Assembly (NCBI GenBank): GCA_963807105.1
Contig: CAWEAM010000003.1
Span: forward strand, 1,280,529 to 1,344,528
Length of the DNA stretch: 64,000 bases
From: an uncultured Acidobacteriota bacterium
Lineage (GTDB): Bacteria > Acidobacteriota > Vicinamibacteria > Vicinamibacterales > UBA2999
Reading direction: 5' to 3'
The position numbers and the translations under genes are program-made. Below are positions 30,136 to 39,301 of the stretch, in pieces. The notes beneath the pieces are model-generated. The model was not told where the DNA came from, did not search any database, and saw only the letters and a program-made list of their open reading frames with translations. The first letter of the stretch is position 1, and the number at the start of each line of letters is the position of its first letter.

Positions 30136-32497
30136 ATGCTCCGGCGCGACATCCAGACCTTCCCCACCTTCATCTATCCGCACCACCCGTGGCGGCTCGT
30201 GGAGAAGAAATACCATCCTCCTCGGATGGCGCAAATGGAGACGCTGTTTGCGCTCGCCAACGGCTACCTCGGCATCCGCGGTACGTTCGACGAAGGGACA
30301 CCCGTTTTTCAGAAAGGAACGCTGCTCAACGCGTTCCATGAAACGTGGCCGATCGTCTATCCCGAGTCCGCCTACGGGTACGCGAGCACTGGACAGACCA
30401 TCGTCAACGCACCGGACGCCACACTGATTCGGCTTTACGTGGACGACGAAGCGTTCGATCTCGCTCGCGCCACGCTGGTCGACTACGAGCGTGCCCTCGA
30501 CATGCGGACCGGCCTCCTCGAACGCGACGTGACCTGGGAAACGGGCTCGGGCAAGCGGATTCGAGTTCACTCCCGACGGCTCGTTTCCTTCGAGCACAGG
30601 CACGTCGCCGCTGTCTCGTACGAGGTCACGCTGCTCAACGCCGCGGCGCCCATCGTGATTTCGTCAGAGCTCCGGTACGAAGAAGAGACACGCCCGCTCG
30701 AGGATGACCCACGGGGAAGCCGGGCCTTCGCGGGGCGAGTCCTGCTCCCGCAGGGCTCGCGGGCTTCCGGCGGGATGGCGATTCTGATGGCGATGACGCG
30801 GACCAGCAGAATGACGCTGGCCTGCGGAATGGACCATCAGATCGAGACGGACGGCTCGTACCGACCTGAAGAACTTGTCATCGGACGAACGAGGCCGGGT
30901 GGTCATCTCCGTCCACGGTAGCGTCGGTCACACGGTACGTCTGACAAAGCTCCTGACATACCACAGCTCATCGCACGACCCCGTCGAAGAGCTCGCGGAG
31001 CGCGCCGAGAGGGCACTCGATCGGGCATGCAGCCTGGGATTCGACGGGCTCGCCGCCGGACAGCAGGTGTACCTGGGCAAGTTCTGGGATCGGGCCGACG
31101 TCGAAATTCGGGGGGATGTCGAGCTCCAGCAGGTCATGCGCTTCAACCTCTTCCACATTTACCAGGCCAGCGCACGCGCAGATGGAATGGGCGTACCAGC
31201 CAAAGGCCTGACCGGGCACGGATACGAGGGCCATTACTTCTGGGACACGGAGATCTACGTTCTTCCGTTCCTGATTTACACCAGCCCGCAAGTAGCGCGG
31301 AACCTGCTGCGGTTCCGGTTTCGCATGCTGGACGCCGCTCGCAGGCGCGCACGTGAGGTCAACCAGCAGGGAGCCCTCTTCCCCTGGCGGACCATCAACG
31401 GGGACGAAGCCTCGGCCAACTACGCGGCCGGGACGGCCCAATACCATATCAACGCGGACATTGCCTATGCCCTGATGAAGTATGTGGACGTAACGGGCGA
31501 CACAGAGTTCCTGTATCGAGAGGGCGCGGAAATACTGATCGAGACCGCGCGGATGTGGCGAAGCCTAGGCTTCTACTCGAGCCGCACCAACGGTCGGTTC
31601 TGTATCAACGGCGTTACGGGGCCGGACGAGTACAACACCGTCGTCAACAACAATGCTTTTACCAACCTGATGGCGAGGGCCAACCTCCGGGCGGCCGCAA
31701 GGACGCTGGAGGAGGTCCGCGCGACCAACCCGGAGCGGTTCGACGAGTTGGCCCATGCGACCTCGCTCAGCGAATCAGAGGTCACCGAATGGCAGACCGC
31801 CGCCGACCGCATGTACGTCCCGTACGACGAGACGGCGGGAATCCATCTCCAGGATGACGATTTCCTGAGCAGGAAGCCGTGGGACTTCGCGAACACCCCT
31901 CCGGAGAGTTACCCGCTGCTGCTGCATTTCCATCCGCTGGTCATCTACCGCCATAACGTCGTTAAGCAGGCTGACATCGTCCTGGCGATGTTCCTGCTGG
32001 GGAATGAATTCTCGCTCGAACAGAAACGCCGGAATTTTGACTACTACGATCCGTTGACCACCGGCGACTCATCGCTTTCGGTGTCGATTCAGAGCATCCT
32101 GGCGATGGAGCTCGGTTACCGGGAGAAGGCGATCGATTACCTCAGGTACGCGTTATGGATGGACCTGGCGGATGTCCACGCCAACGTCGAGCAGGGCTGC
32201 CACATTGCGTCAATGGGCGGGACGTGGATGGCTGCCATCTACGGCGTCGCCGGCATGCGCGACTACAACGGCCGAATCACGTTCCATCCTCGCCTTGGGC
32301 GCCGGGTTCACGGCCTCCGTTTCCATCTCACCATCAGGGGACAACTCTTGACGGTAGACATCGAGGGGCGGAAAGGTCAGGTGACTTACCTCCTTCGCGA
32401 GGGGACCGGGCTCACCGTCGGCCATCTGGAGGAAGAAGTAACGCTCGAGCCCGGCCAACCGGTTTCACGACTCTTTACGCCTCAGAACGGTTCCTGA
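30136..32497 (+). CDS. GH65 disaccharide phosphorylase (trehalose/kojibiose/maltose type), frame broken near 30860-30885
   Basis: N-terminal part in ORF 30025..30921 (HPWRLVEKKY.., ETLFALANGYLGIRG). Continues in the +1 frame ORF 30875..32497 with GLTGHGYEGHYFWDTEIY, FPWRTINGDEASANY and QYHINADIAYA. Confidence 0.85.
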
Positions 32498-32745
32498 TTC
32501 ACCCGCCCGCCACCCGCTCGCGCCCCCGTCGAGGTGCTGTGGGAGATGTTCAATCGCACAACACGACGAACTACGGCGGCTACGACGGTGATCGCGCCAG
32601 GCTGCTGACGCGCTTACCGCCCCGGCTGCATCGTCGTCAGGCCGTGTCTTTCCGCCGCTCGAAGGCAGAACCCGCGATCGATCTCGTCGGTACTTTGCCG
32701 CCTCCCTTACCATGTCTGCGGCCGATGGGGTACGCTGACCCTGCG

Positions 32746-33306
32746 ATGGACAAGCCGAAGATCCTGACAGCTAAAGAGCTGCGCGCCATCATGCCGCGCT
32801 TGTCCGGGTGGAAACTCGCTCACAACAAGCTTTCGAGAACATTCGAGTTTCAGGATTTTGTTCAATCACTCAGCTTTGTGAATAGCCTCGTCGCGTATTT
32901 CGAGACGGTGGATCATCACCCCGATGTACACATCGCGTATGGCGAAGTGACCTTCGAATTGACGCGCTATGACCTTGGCGGGAAGGTTACGGACCGCGAT
33001 GTCGAGGTCGCCAAGAGAATTTCCTCCGTGTACAGAGCGCGGTCGTCAGCGCGAACGCTCGGCGATGCGCGTCATCGGCTCCTATTATGGCGTCCTTCAC
33101 CAGTGCCAACGCGCGCGCCGGCCGGAAGCACAGCTTTCAGCACGAAGGCGGGTGTGGGGACCTGCGTGGCATCTCCTAGCGTCCGGTTCGACGAGTGGTC
33201 CGCGGACGCGCGTCGCCTTGATCCCCGTAGCCGCTGCGGACCCTCTTCCTCGCCTTGCGTGGTTTATCGGCTTTCTGCGACCGACCCACATCGTCCATCT
33301 CTTTGA
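32746..33306 (+). CDS. pterin-4-alpha-carbinolamine dehydratase (PCD/DCoH) with suspicious C-terminal extension
   Basis: MDKPKILTAKELRAIMPRLSGWKL..SRTFEFQDFVQSLSFVNSLVAYFETVDHHPDVHIAYGEVTFELT..H fits PCD over the first ~100 codons. The remaining ~85 codons are low-complexity and run antisense to a plausible small gene. Confidence 0.7.
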   Translation: MDKPKILTAKELRAIMPRLSGWKLAHNKLSRTFEFQDFVQSLSFVNSLVAYFETVDHHPDVHIAYGEVTFELTRYDLGGKVTDRDVEVAKRISSVYRARSSARTLGDARHRLLLWRPSPVPTRAPAGSTAFSTKAGVGTCVASPSVRFDEWSADARRLDPRSRCGPSSSPCVVYRLSATDPHRPSL

Positions 33307-33421
33307 AATGACCGCTCGCCGTACGCTTGGCATACGCGCTGGCTTTCGGACGGTGCACTAGATCACGCTTCGCTGCCGGCCGTGAACGCTTCTTTGCTCG
33401 CCCCTGACTTTTCTTGGCCAT
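33176..33421 (-). CDS. small basic hypothetical protein
   Basis: MAKKSQGRAKKRSRPAAKRDLVHRPKASAYAKRTASGHFKEMDDVGRSQKADKPRKARKRVRSGYGDQGD resembles small Lys/Arg-rich proteins I recall from stress loci. Overlaps the DUF1003 3' end by 59 nt, so its start is uncertain. Confidence 0.4.
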   Translation of the reverse strand: MAKKSQGRAKKRSRPAAKRDLVHRPKASAYAKRTASGHFKEMDDVGRSQKADKPRKARKRVRSGYGDQGDARPRTTRRTGR

Positions 33422-34055
33422 TGCTTTCTCCTGTGGTCGATCGCCCTTCGGATGGCGGTGTCCCGGTTACAGGCTCAGCTAATTCGTCCATCCGTGTGGT
33501 CAATCGTTGAAGGTCCGTCTGCTTCATGAGGTCACGCAACTGCTCCGGCGTGACTGTGGTCTTCACTTCGAGGTGGCGCGCGATGTCCTGCAGCAATTGG
33601 AGCACTGCCGTCATCTCGCGCTCAGCAAGCAAATCGATCTGGAGATCGAGGTGACTCCGTTTGTCCGCTTGAAGCGCCAAGCGGTTCTGGCTCGCGAGGA
33701 CGACCAGCGCCAGGAAGATGGCCTCGAGCGATACGGTCATTGTCAAGAACGGACACGGGAACGGATCGAATGGGGCGATCCCAGGTATCGCGCCCACGTT
33801 GACAACTACCCAGGCTCCGAACCATACGACGTGCAAGATGAGCACTGGGCCGCTGCCTGCGGTACACGCAATCCAATCGCTGAGCTGCTCGCCCTTTGAA
33901 CGGGCAAGCAGAATTGCCCGCTCCCATCTCTTGATGGCGTGAACGTTCTCATCAAGGGCCGACGTGCGATTCGCGCTGAGTCTTCCCTCAACCTCGCTTA
34001 CCGTCTTATCTCGGCTACGTCGTTGGCTACCCATCTTGTGCCCTCGTCTGCTCAC
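33363..34055 (-). CDS. DUF1003-domain membrane protein
   Basis: FDPFPCPFLTMTVSLEAIFLALVVLASQNRLALQADKRSHLDLQIDLLAEREMTAVLQLLQDI matches the DUF1003 core. Confidence 0.75.
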   Translation of the reverse strand: MSRRGHKMGSQRRSRDKTVSEVEGRLSANRTSALDENVHAIKRWERAILLARSKGEQLSDWIACTAGSGPVLILHVVWFGAWVVVNVGAIPGIAPFDPFPCPFLTMTVSLEAIFLALVVLASQNRLALQADKRSHLDLQIDLLAEREMTAVLQLLQDIARHLEVKTTVTPEQLRDLMKQTDLQRLTTRMDELAEPVTGTPPSEGRSTTGESNGQEKSGASKEAFTAGSEA

Positions 34056-34562
34056 CTTGGTACGCCCCTGTCATCGAGCGCTGCAGATTGTTCAATTTGC
34101 AAAGCACTGCGAACGGACGATTCCGACGTCGCGCGTCGCCCCAAAGCACGTATGGCTCTTGGTAGAGAGGGCTGCGAACCTCACGTCAGTACTCGATCGC
34201 AAGCAGATGTGGTGCCGACATTTCACGTTGGTACGCGAAATGCTGCACTCGCTCTCACTGTGGGCGCCGCAAGTAGGACTCCTGCATCAAGGTCGTGATG
34301 ACACCTGGCGCTCCGGCAGCGCACAACGCAGACCCAAATAACTTCTCTCCATTAATGAATTCACGCGGGCCTCGCTGTTCGCCGAAGTCGGGAAGCAGAC
34401 ACCGGTCTTCGTCTGGTTCTCGACCGTCCTCGGCGAACGAGGCTCGACCGACGCGTTTGTCGCGGCCCTCGCCAAACACCGGCATTTCGCCCGGGAAACC
34501 GACCCGCGGCGCGTGCAAGTCGCTCGCGCGCGGGTCAGCATTCACACGAAGGAGATTCGACC

Positions 34563-35147
34563 ATGGCTGAAGCAGGCACGCTCCATGACGCATTCATCGA
34601 CGAACTGAGGGACGTGTACGACGGCGAGCGGCAACTGACCAAGGCGCTCGCAAAACTGGCGAAGACGGCGACGGCCGCACCCCTGCGGGAGGCCTTCGAA
34701 TCGCACCTCCAGGAAACGCAGGGTCAGATCGAGCGGCTGGAGCAGGTCTTCGAAAGCCTCGAGGAGAAGGTTCGTGGCAAGCACTGCGAAGGCATTGCCG
34801 GCATCGTCGAGGAAGGCAAGTCGATCATGGAAGAGGATTTCGACGAGGCGACGATGGATGCCTGCCTGATTGCCGCGGGCCAGCGGGCCGAGCACTACGA
34901 GATTGCCGCCTACGGCACGTTGATCGCGTGGGCGCGGGCGATGGGCCACGACGAGGCAGCCGATCTTCTCCAGCAGAACCTCGACGAAGAGAAGGCGGCT
35001 GACGAGAAGCTCTCGGGTTTGGCCGAGGGTGGTATCAACCAGAGTGCGGCTGATGTCGCGCATCCTGACGAGGACGCGGAACCGGTTGGCGCACGTGCCA
35101 GCGGCGCCAGAAAGAGTTCCGCGAAGGCGAAAGCCAGTCGTCGCTAG
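34563..35147 (+). CDS. DUF892 (YciE/YciF-like ferritin-like) protein
   Basis: FIDELRDVYDGERQLTKAL..ESHLQETQGQIERLEQVF..AAGQRAEHYEIAAYGTLIAWA..NLDEEKAADEKL. aggag upstream of the ATG. Confidence 0.87.
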   Translation: MAEAGTLHDAFIDELRDVYDGERQLTKALAKLAKTATAAPLREAFESHLQETQGQIERLEQVFESLEEKVRGKHCEGIAGIVEEGKSIMEEDFDEATMDACLIAAGQRAEHYEIAAYGTLIAWARAMGHDEAADLLQQNLDEEKAADEKLSGLAEGGINQSAADVAHPDEDAEPVGARASGARKSSAKAKASRR

Positions 35148-35170
35148 GGCAGCTTCGGGTCGAGCGCGCC

Positions 35171-35491
35171 GTGGTGCTGATTCAGCTGCTGCTGCCGACA
35201 ACAGGGCCTGCAGATTCGGACGGCATGACGCCGGTCGCCGAGACACGGCGAGAGCTGGTGGAGCGATTCAAGGGCGTCACGGCGTACGTGCGATCACCCG
35301 CAAAGGGTTTGTGGACGGCACCAGATGGCAACACCGAAGCGGACGACGTCGTGATGGTCGAGGTCGTGACTGAGACGTTCGACCGGAGCTGGTGGCGTGC
35401 CTACGCGGCAACGCTGGCCGGACGCTTTCGCCAAGACGCGATTCACGTGCGGGCCTTGCCCGTCGAAATGCCCGATGAGGGAGATCCATGA
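35171..35491 (+). CDS. conserved hypothetical protein
   Basis: 106-aa unbiased ORF (MVLIQLLLPT..FKGVTAYVRSPAKGLW..DRSWWRAYAATLAGRFRQDAIHVRA). Its stop overlaps the next ATG (ATGA at 35488-35491). Confidence 0.5.
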   Translation: MVLIQLLLPTTGPADSDGMTPVAETRRELVERFKGVTAYVRSPAKGLWTAPDGNTEADDVVMVEVVTETFDRSWWRAYAATLAGRFRQDAIHVRALPVEMPDEGDP

Positions 35492-35715
35492 GCAAACCAT
35501 GCGCAATCGTGACGCCGCGTGATCCTGACCGGCATCGCCGGCAATATCTGCGTGCTCTTCACGGCGAACGACGCTTACATGCACGAGCTCAAACTCTTCG
35601 CGCCCGCCGATTGCATCGTCTCGAACACTCCGGCTGAGAACGACCACGCGCTGCGCCAGATTGAGACGGTGCTGAAGGGAAACGTCGCGCAGTCAACCCG
35701 ATTGCGTTTCATCGG
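35488..35715 (+). pseudogene. isochorismatase-family hydrolase remnant (internal deletion)
   Basis: ATG 35488 (MSKPCAIV..) is translationally coupled to the upstream gene. After ~10 codons, and out of frame, the sequence jumps to the family's C-terminal segment VILTGIAGNICVLFTANDAYMHELKLFAPADCIVS..NDHALRQIETVL. The catalytic N-terminal ~120 residues are missing. Confidence 0.55.
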
Positions 35716-35765
35716 ACGAGCCAGGCCTGAGCAACGGCGCACGCGTACCACCAGGAGGGGAACTC

Positions 35766-36277
35766 ATGACAACCGAATTGGACAAGTTCTACGGCCTCAT
35801 CGATGAGATCAAGGTCGCGATGATGACCACGCGCCGTCCCGACGGGCACCTGGAATCACGCGCCATGGCGAACCAGAAGCGCGCCGCCGGCGCGGACCTG
35901 TGGTTCGTGACCGCAGAGGGCACCGCCAAGCTGCGCGACATCGAAGACGATGCGCACGTGAATCTCGCTACTACAAGCCCGGATCGTATGAGTGGGTCTC
36001 GGCGTCGGGTATCGCCAAGCTGTCGAGGGACCCCGACAAGATCCGCGAGCTCTACGAGCCCGACTGGAAGGCTTGGTTCGGGCAGGAGGGAGGTCCGCGC
36101 CACGGCACGGCCGACGATCCGCGGGTCGTCCTCATCGGCATCGACGTTCACGCTGCGGTCTTTCTCGAGGTCAACAAGCCGAAGCCGGTCGTCCTCTTCG
36201 AACTGGCGAAGGGCTGGCTGACGGGCGAACGGGTGGAGCCCGGCGAGACACATGAACTGAGACAGCCACATCGATAA
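35766..36277 (+). CDS. PNPOx-like general stress protein (GSP26 type), frame broken near 35968
   Basis: MTTELDKFYGLIDEIKVAMMTTRRPDGHLESRAMA..LWFVTAEGTAKLRDIEDDAHVNL continues in the -1 frame as YYKPGSYEWVSASGIAKLSRDPDKIRELYEPDWKAWF..DPRVVLIGIDVHAAVF (ORF 35900..36277). Confidence 0.75.
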
Positions 36278-36352
36278 CGAGAGGGAGGGCGACATGCTCA
36301 GGCGGATGGGTACGATGGCGAACGGGAGCGTCGTCCTGGCGGAGCGTCGCGC

Positions 36353-37066
36353 GTGTTTGCGAGACGCGACTCAGAAAGGCGCTCGCCCATGACCATCAGG
36401 AATGCCGGAAACTGGATCCGCGATCGCGGGCTGACGTTGCTGCTGATGGCGATGTTTGTGCTGTTTCTGGTGGGGCAATTGATTACCGGGCTCGCCGAGT
36501 ACAACGCGGAACAGGAACAGCATGGCCAATCCGCGGCCACGATGAAGGACTATCTCGCCACCGGCCATCCCTGGGAAGCCCTTTTCGAGAACTGGGAAAG
36601 CGAATTTCTGCAAATGGCGGTGTTTGTCCTCTTCACAACATTCCTGATTCAGAAGGGATCGCCGGAATCGAGGCGGCCTGGCGCCAAGGAACTGGTCGAC
36701 ACCGATCCCCGAGATTTTGCGGACGATCCGGAGGCGCCCTGGCCCGTCAGGCGGGGGGGCTGGGTTTTGCGCGTCTATGAGCATTCGCTCGGCCTCGCGT
36801 TCGTCGTACTGTTCCTCGTTTCGTGGGCTGGCCACGCGCTGGGCGGGTTTTCGGCATACGCCGCCGACGAGGTGTTGCACCAGCGACCGACGCCCGCCCT
36901 CACCGGCTACCTGACATCGTCCCGCTTCTGGTTCGAATCGTTTCAGAACTGGCAGAGCGAATTCCTCGCCATCGCGTCGATGGTGTGGCTCGCCGTCTAC
37001 CTGCGACAACGATGGTCACCGGAGTCGAAGCCGGTCCATGCGCCGCATGCGGAAACGGGACGTTGA
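36353..37066 (+). CDS. DUF6766-family membrane protein
   Basis: IRDRGLTLLLMAMFVLFLVGQLITGLAEYNAEQEQHGQ..YLATGHPWEALFENWESEFLQMAVFVLFTTFLIQKGSPESR..FESFQNWQSEFLAIASMV. The likely true start is ATG 36389. Confidence 0.68.
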   Translation: MFARRDSERRSPMTIRNAGNWIRDRGLTLLLMAMFVLFLVGQLITGLAEYNAEQEQHGQSAATMKDYLATGHPWEALFENWESEFLQMAVFVLFTTFLIQKGSPESRRPGAKELVDTDPRDFADDPEAPWPVRRGGWVLRVYEHSLGLAFVVLFLVSWAGHALGGFSAYAADEVLHQRPTPALTGYLTSSRFWFESFQNWQSEFLAIASMVWLAVYLRQRWSPESKPVHAPHAETGR

Positions 37067-37132
37067 AAGAAAGGATCACGATGTGGGGTACGTTCCTTGC
37101 TTCTGATGCCCCTAGAAAGAAAGGTGGTCCCG

Positions 37133-37240
37133 ATGAGGCTGTCGAGAGAAGACGGCATTATTAAGTACGGCATCGCATGGTTGCTGGGCGTGCCCGTCTC
37201 TGTGCTTGTGGTGATCTTTTTGTTATCACGCGCGTGTTGA
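37133..37240 (+). CDS. 35-aa small membrane protein (not in the ORF track)
   Basis: ATG preceded by gaaaggtgg. MRLSREDGIIKYGIAWLLGVPVSVLVVIFLLSRAC has one clean TM helix. The local sequence is markedly AT-richer, consistent with a hydrophobic coding segment. Confidence 0.4.
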   Translation: MRLSREDGIIKYGIAWLLGVPVSVLVVIFLLSRAC

Positions 37241-37444
37241 TCACCACCTTCCTAAGGGACACTCTCCGGGCCATTCCATCCACATCGCGTCCATCGACCA
37301 TCAGCTGACGAACATCCGAGGCGATGAGCCTCGGCGGAATTGTTCGAGGTCCCGCCAGCTACACCCTTGTGTACGGCTCATGGGACGACCCACACACAGA
37401 GCTCGACCATTGGAACGCCAAACGTTTTGTTGTCTCTTGTCTAG

Positions 37445-37960
37445 GGCACGACACATGCCCAATCGACTGCTGCCAAACCGGATCTCAAGACGATCTCCGG
37501 AAGCGTCGTAGACGCCGCCTGCTTCATGATTCACCCGCCGGTGGCGAACGCGGCATCGCACAAGGAGTGCGGAGCCGCCTGCATCGCCAGCGGCGTTCCG
37601 CTCGCGATCGCCGGTGATGACGGAGCCCTGTACTTTCCAGCAGACGGCAACAAGCGGCTTGCCGAATTTCATGGGCAACGTGTACCAGGCAGCGGTACCG
37701 TGACCGAGAAAAGCGAGCCGATGGAGCTGAAAATGCCCGTCGGCGACAAGAACACGATGACCGTCAAAGTGGAAGGCGGATACAAAGTTGCGCGACTGAG
37801 TCGGTCGCAAAAGCCGGCCCGAAGAAGTCATGACGAGAAGTCGTTGGCGAGGAACGGCTGGCACGAGTCCGTAGCGGCAACGCTGGATCGGAGGCGCGCG
37901 GCTCCCACGCAGCCTAATGAAAACCTGCGCCCTCTCGCGGAATCGCCTCGCCGCTCCTAG
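37445..37960 (+). CDS. hypothetical Cys-containing (probably exported) protein, start codon not identifiable
   Basis: Frame opens after the stop at 37442-37444 and reads AQSTAAKPDLKTISGSVVDAACFMIHPP..SHKECGAACIASGVPLAIAGDDGALYFPADGNKRLAEFHGQRV.. (unbiased composition). A signal-peptide-like KRFVVSCLG lies just upstream in another frame. The antisense 237-aa ORF is Arg-rich junk. Confidence 0.4.
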   Translation, partial: GTTHAQSTAAKPDLKTISGSVVDAACFMIHPPVANAASHKECGAACIASGVPLAIAGDDGALYFPADGNKRLAEFHGQRVPGSGTVTEKSEPMELKMPVGDKNTMTVKVEGGYKVARLSRSQKPARRSHDEKSLARNGWHESVAATLDRRRAAPTQPNENLRPLAESPRRS

Positions 37961-38083
37961 CGCATCATGGAGCCGCCCAGATACCGCTCCTGGCCTTTCA
38001 ATGCTCGCGAGCAACGTCCGGCGGCGCGTAGGCCATCAGCACGCGATCTCGGCCCGGGCGAGAGACGGATGCCGACCAATTGC

Positions 38084-38617
38084 TCATACGGTCGCTTTAA
38101 CCTTCGCCACGATCAGCTCGGTGAGTTCTGATTTCGTCACTGTCTTTAGATCGACAGAATCATCGACGAGGTCGTAGGCCCGAGCGATGTCTCTGATGTG
38201 GGATAGCGTTAGTGCACCGAGCTGCTGTCTCAAGAACGGTTCACCCTTTGCGCCGGCAGAATATGGGTCGAGCACAGCATGAGGCTCTACCTCAGAATCC
38301 TGAGCGCCCATCGCTGGCGCCGGGCCTGAGAAGTGAGGCTTGGCGACCACAATGTCTCCATCGCCAGCGACGAGAGCGAGAGCACGGTTTAGTGCACCTT
38401 CCAAGTAAGCAAAGGATAGATTATCGGCCCACTTCTGGAGTGCGGCACGGTTCGGCTGGGTCGTCTCGCGCGCTGTACGCAGTAGCTCTCCATCAGCAGA
38501 TGCAAACTCAATCCAACCCTCCCAAATTCGACCCACGAGTCGTCCGCAGGCCTGCGCGTCATAGGGTCGGTTGTCAACGACGATCGGCACCGTGTATACA
38601 ACGATTACCTCAGCCAT
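38084..38617 (-). CDS. hypothetical protein with C-terminal Rho_N/SAP-like helix pair
   Basis: ATG 38617 with gagg upstream. MAEVIVVYTVPIVVDNRPYDAQACGRLVGRIWEGWIEF..RETTQPNRAALQKWADNLSFAYLEGALNRA. The C-terminal LSHIRDIARAYDLV..TKSELTELIVAKV resembles Rho N-terminal/SAP motifs. Confidence 0.55.
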   Translation of the reverse strand: MAEVIVVYTVPIVVDNRPYDAQACGRLVGRIWEGWIEFASADGELLRTARETTQPNRAALQKWADNLSFAYLEGALNRALALVAGDGDIVVAKPHFSGPAPAMGAQDSEVEPHAVLDPYSAGAKGEPFLRQQLGALTLSHIRDIARAYDLVDDSVDLKTVTKSELTELIVAKVKATV

Positions 38618-38840
38618 GGCAACCTCGTAATCCACTTCACCAGTTCGCTGTTTCCTATGTGCTCAGAAATTGCAAGTGGCGATCCAGCCGGTACTTAACT
38701 CCCCGTACTTACCTGGGCCGCAATTCAGCACTGCCAATGGCCTGCGGCACAAAGCTGCGAGTCGAAGCCGCCGGTCGCAGTGTGGCGCGCAAACCTGGGG
38801 CGACGTGAGCCGCCCCGTGGTTCGGCCTACATCGTTTTGG

Positions 38841-39122
38841 TCAGGTGGTTCGGCTCTGTCGACCGGTGACGCGATCCCATGCATCACGCACCGCGTCTTT
38901 GATCTGCTCCCAGGTGCTCTCACCGCGATAATGGTATGTGTTCCAGTCACCTTGCAAATCGCTCTCGATATCATTCCAGGAACGCCCTGGATACCGGCTT
39001 GCGGCCTCGGTTCCAAATCGATAACCGCCACTCAGTTGCTCGAACGTCCTTCCCCGCGCGTACGGTCTGGTGCCGTAACTGTCTCGCCAGTAACGCTCTT
39101 CATCGGTCCAGATATCTGCCAT
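38841..39122 (-). CDS. small Trp/Tyr/Arg-rich stress-locus protein (hypothetical)
   Basis: ATG 39122 with a strong tggaggacgtc upstream. MADIWTDEERYWRDSYGTRPYARGRTFEQLSGGYRFGTEAASRYPGRSWNDIESDLQGDWNTY..WEQIKDAVRDAWDRVTG. I recall this repeat-like pattern from small proteins in stress gene clusters. Confidence 0.6.
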   Translation of the reverse strand: MADIWTDEERYWRDSYGTRPYARGRTFEQLSGGYRFGTEAASRYPGRSWNDIESDLQGDWNTYHYRGESTWEQIKDAVRDAWDRVTGRQSRTT

Positions 39123-39301
39123 GACGTCCTCCAGCGGTGTTGAACTAGTTGCCCTCCTGCGCCCGCGCGCGCGCTGCGGCATCACGCGGCGGGGGTCATT
39201 CTGTGGCTCCACGCAGCCCCATCAGTCCGACGTCTGCGACAGAGTGCTGGAAGCCCCGAGAACTTTCCAACCCGGGGCATCCCACTGCATCGCAGTTCTT
39301 C

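Noticed and set aside
34056-34562. Spacer between the DUF1003 and DUF892 genes with minus-strand ORFs (34255..34593 and others) ending ..REFINGEKLFGSALCAAGAPGVITTLMQESYL
   Set aside because: The composition of the last ~40 codons looks protein-like, but the N-terminal part is Arg-rich and no family or start context is recognisable. It may be another gene relic, but there is not enough evidence.
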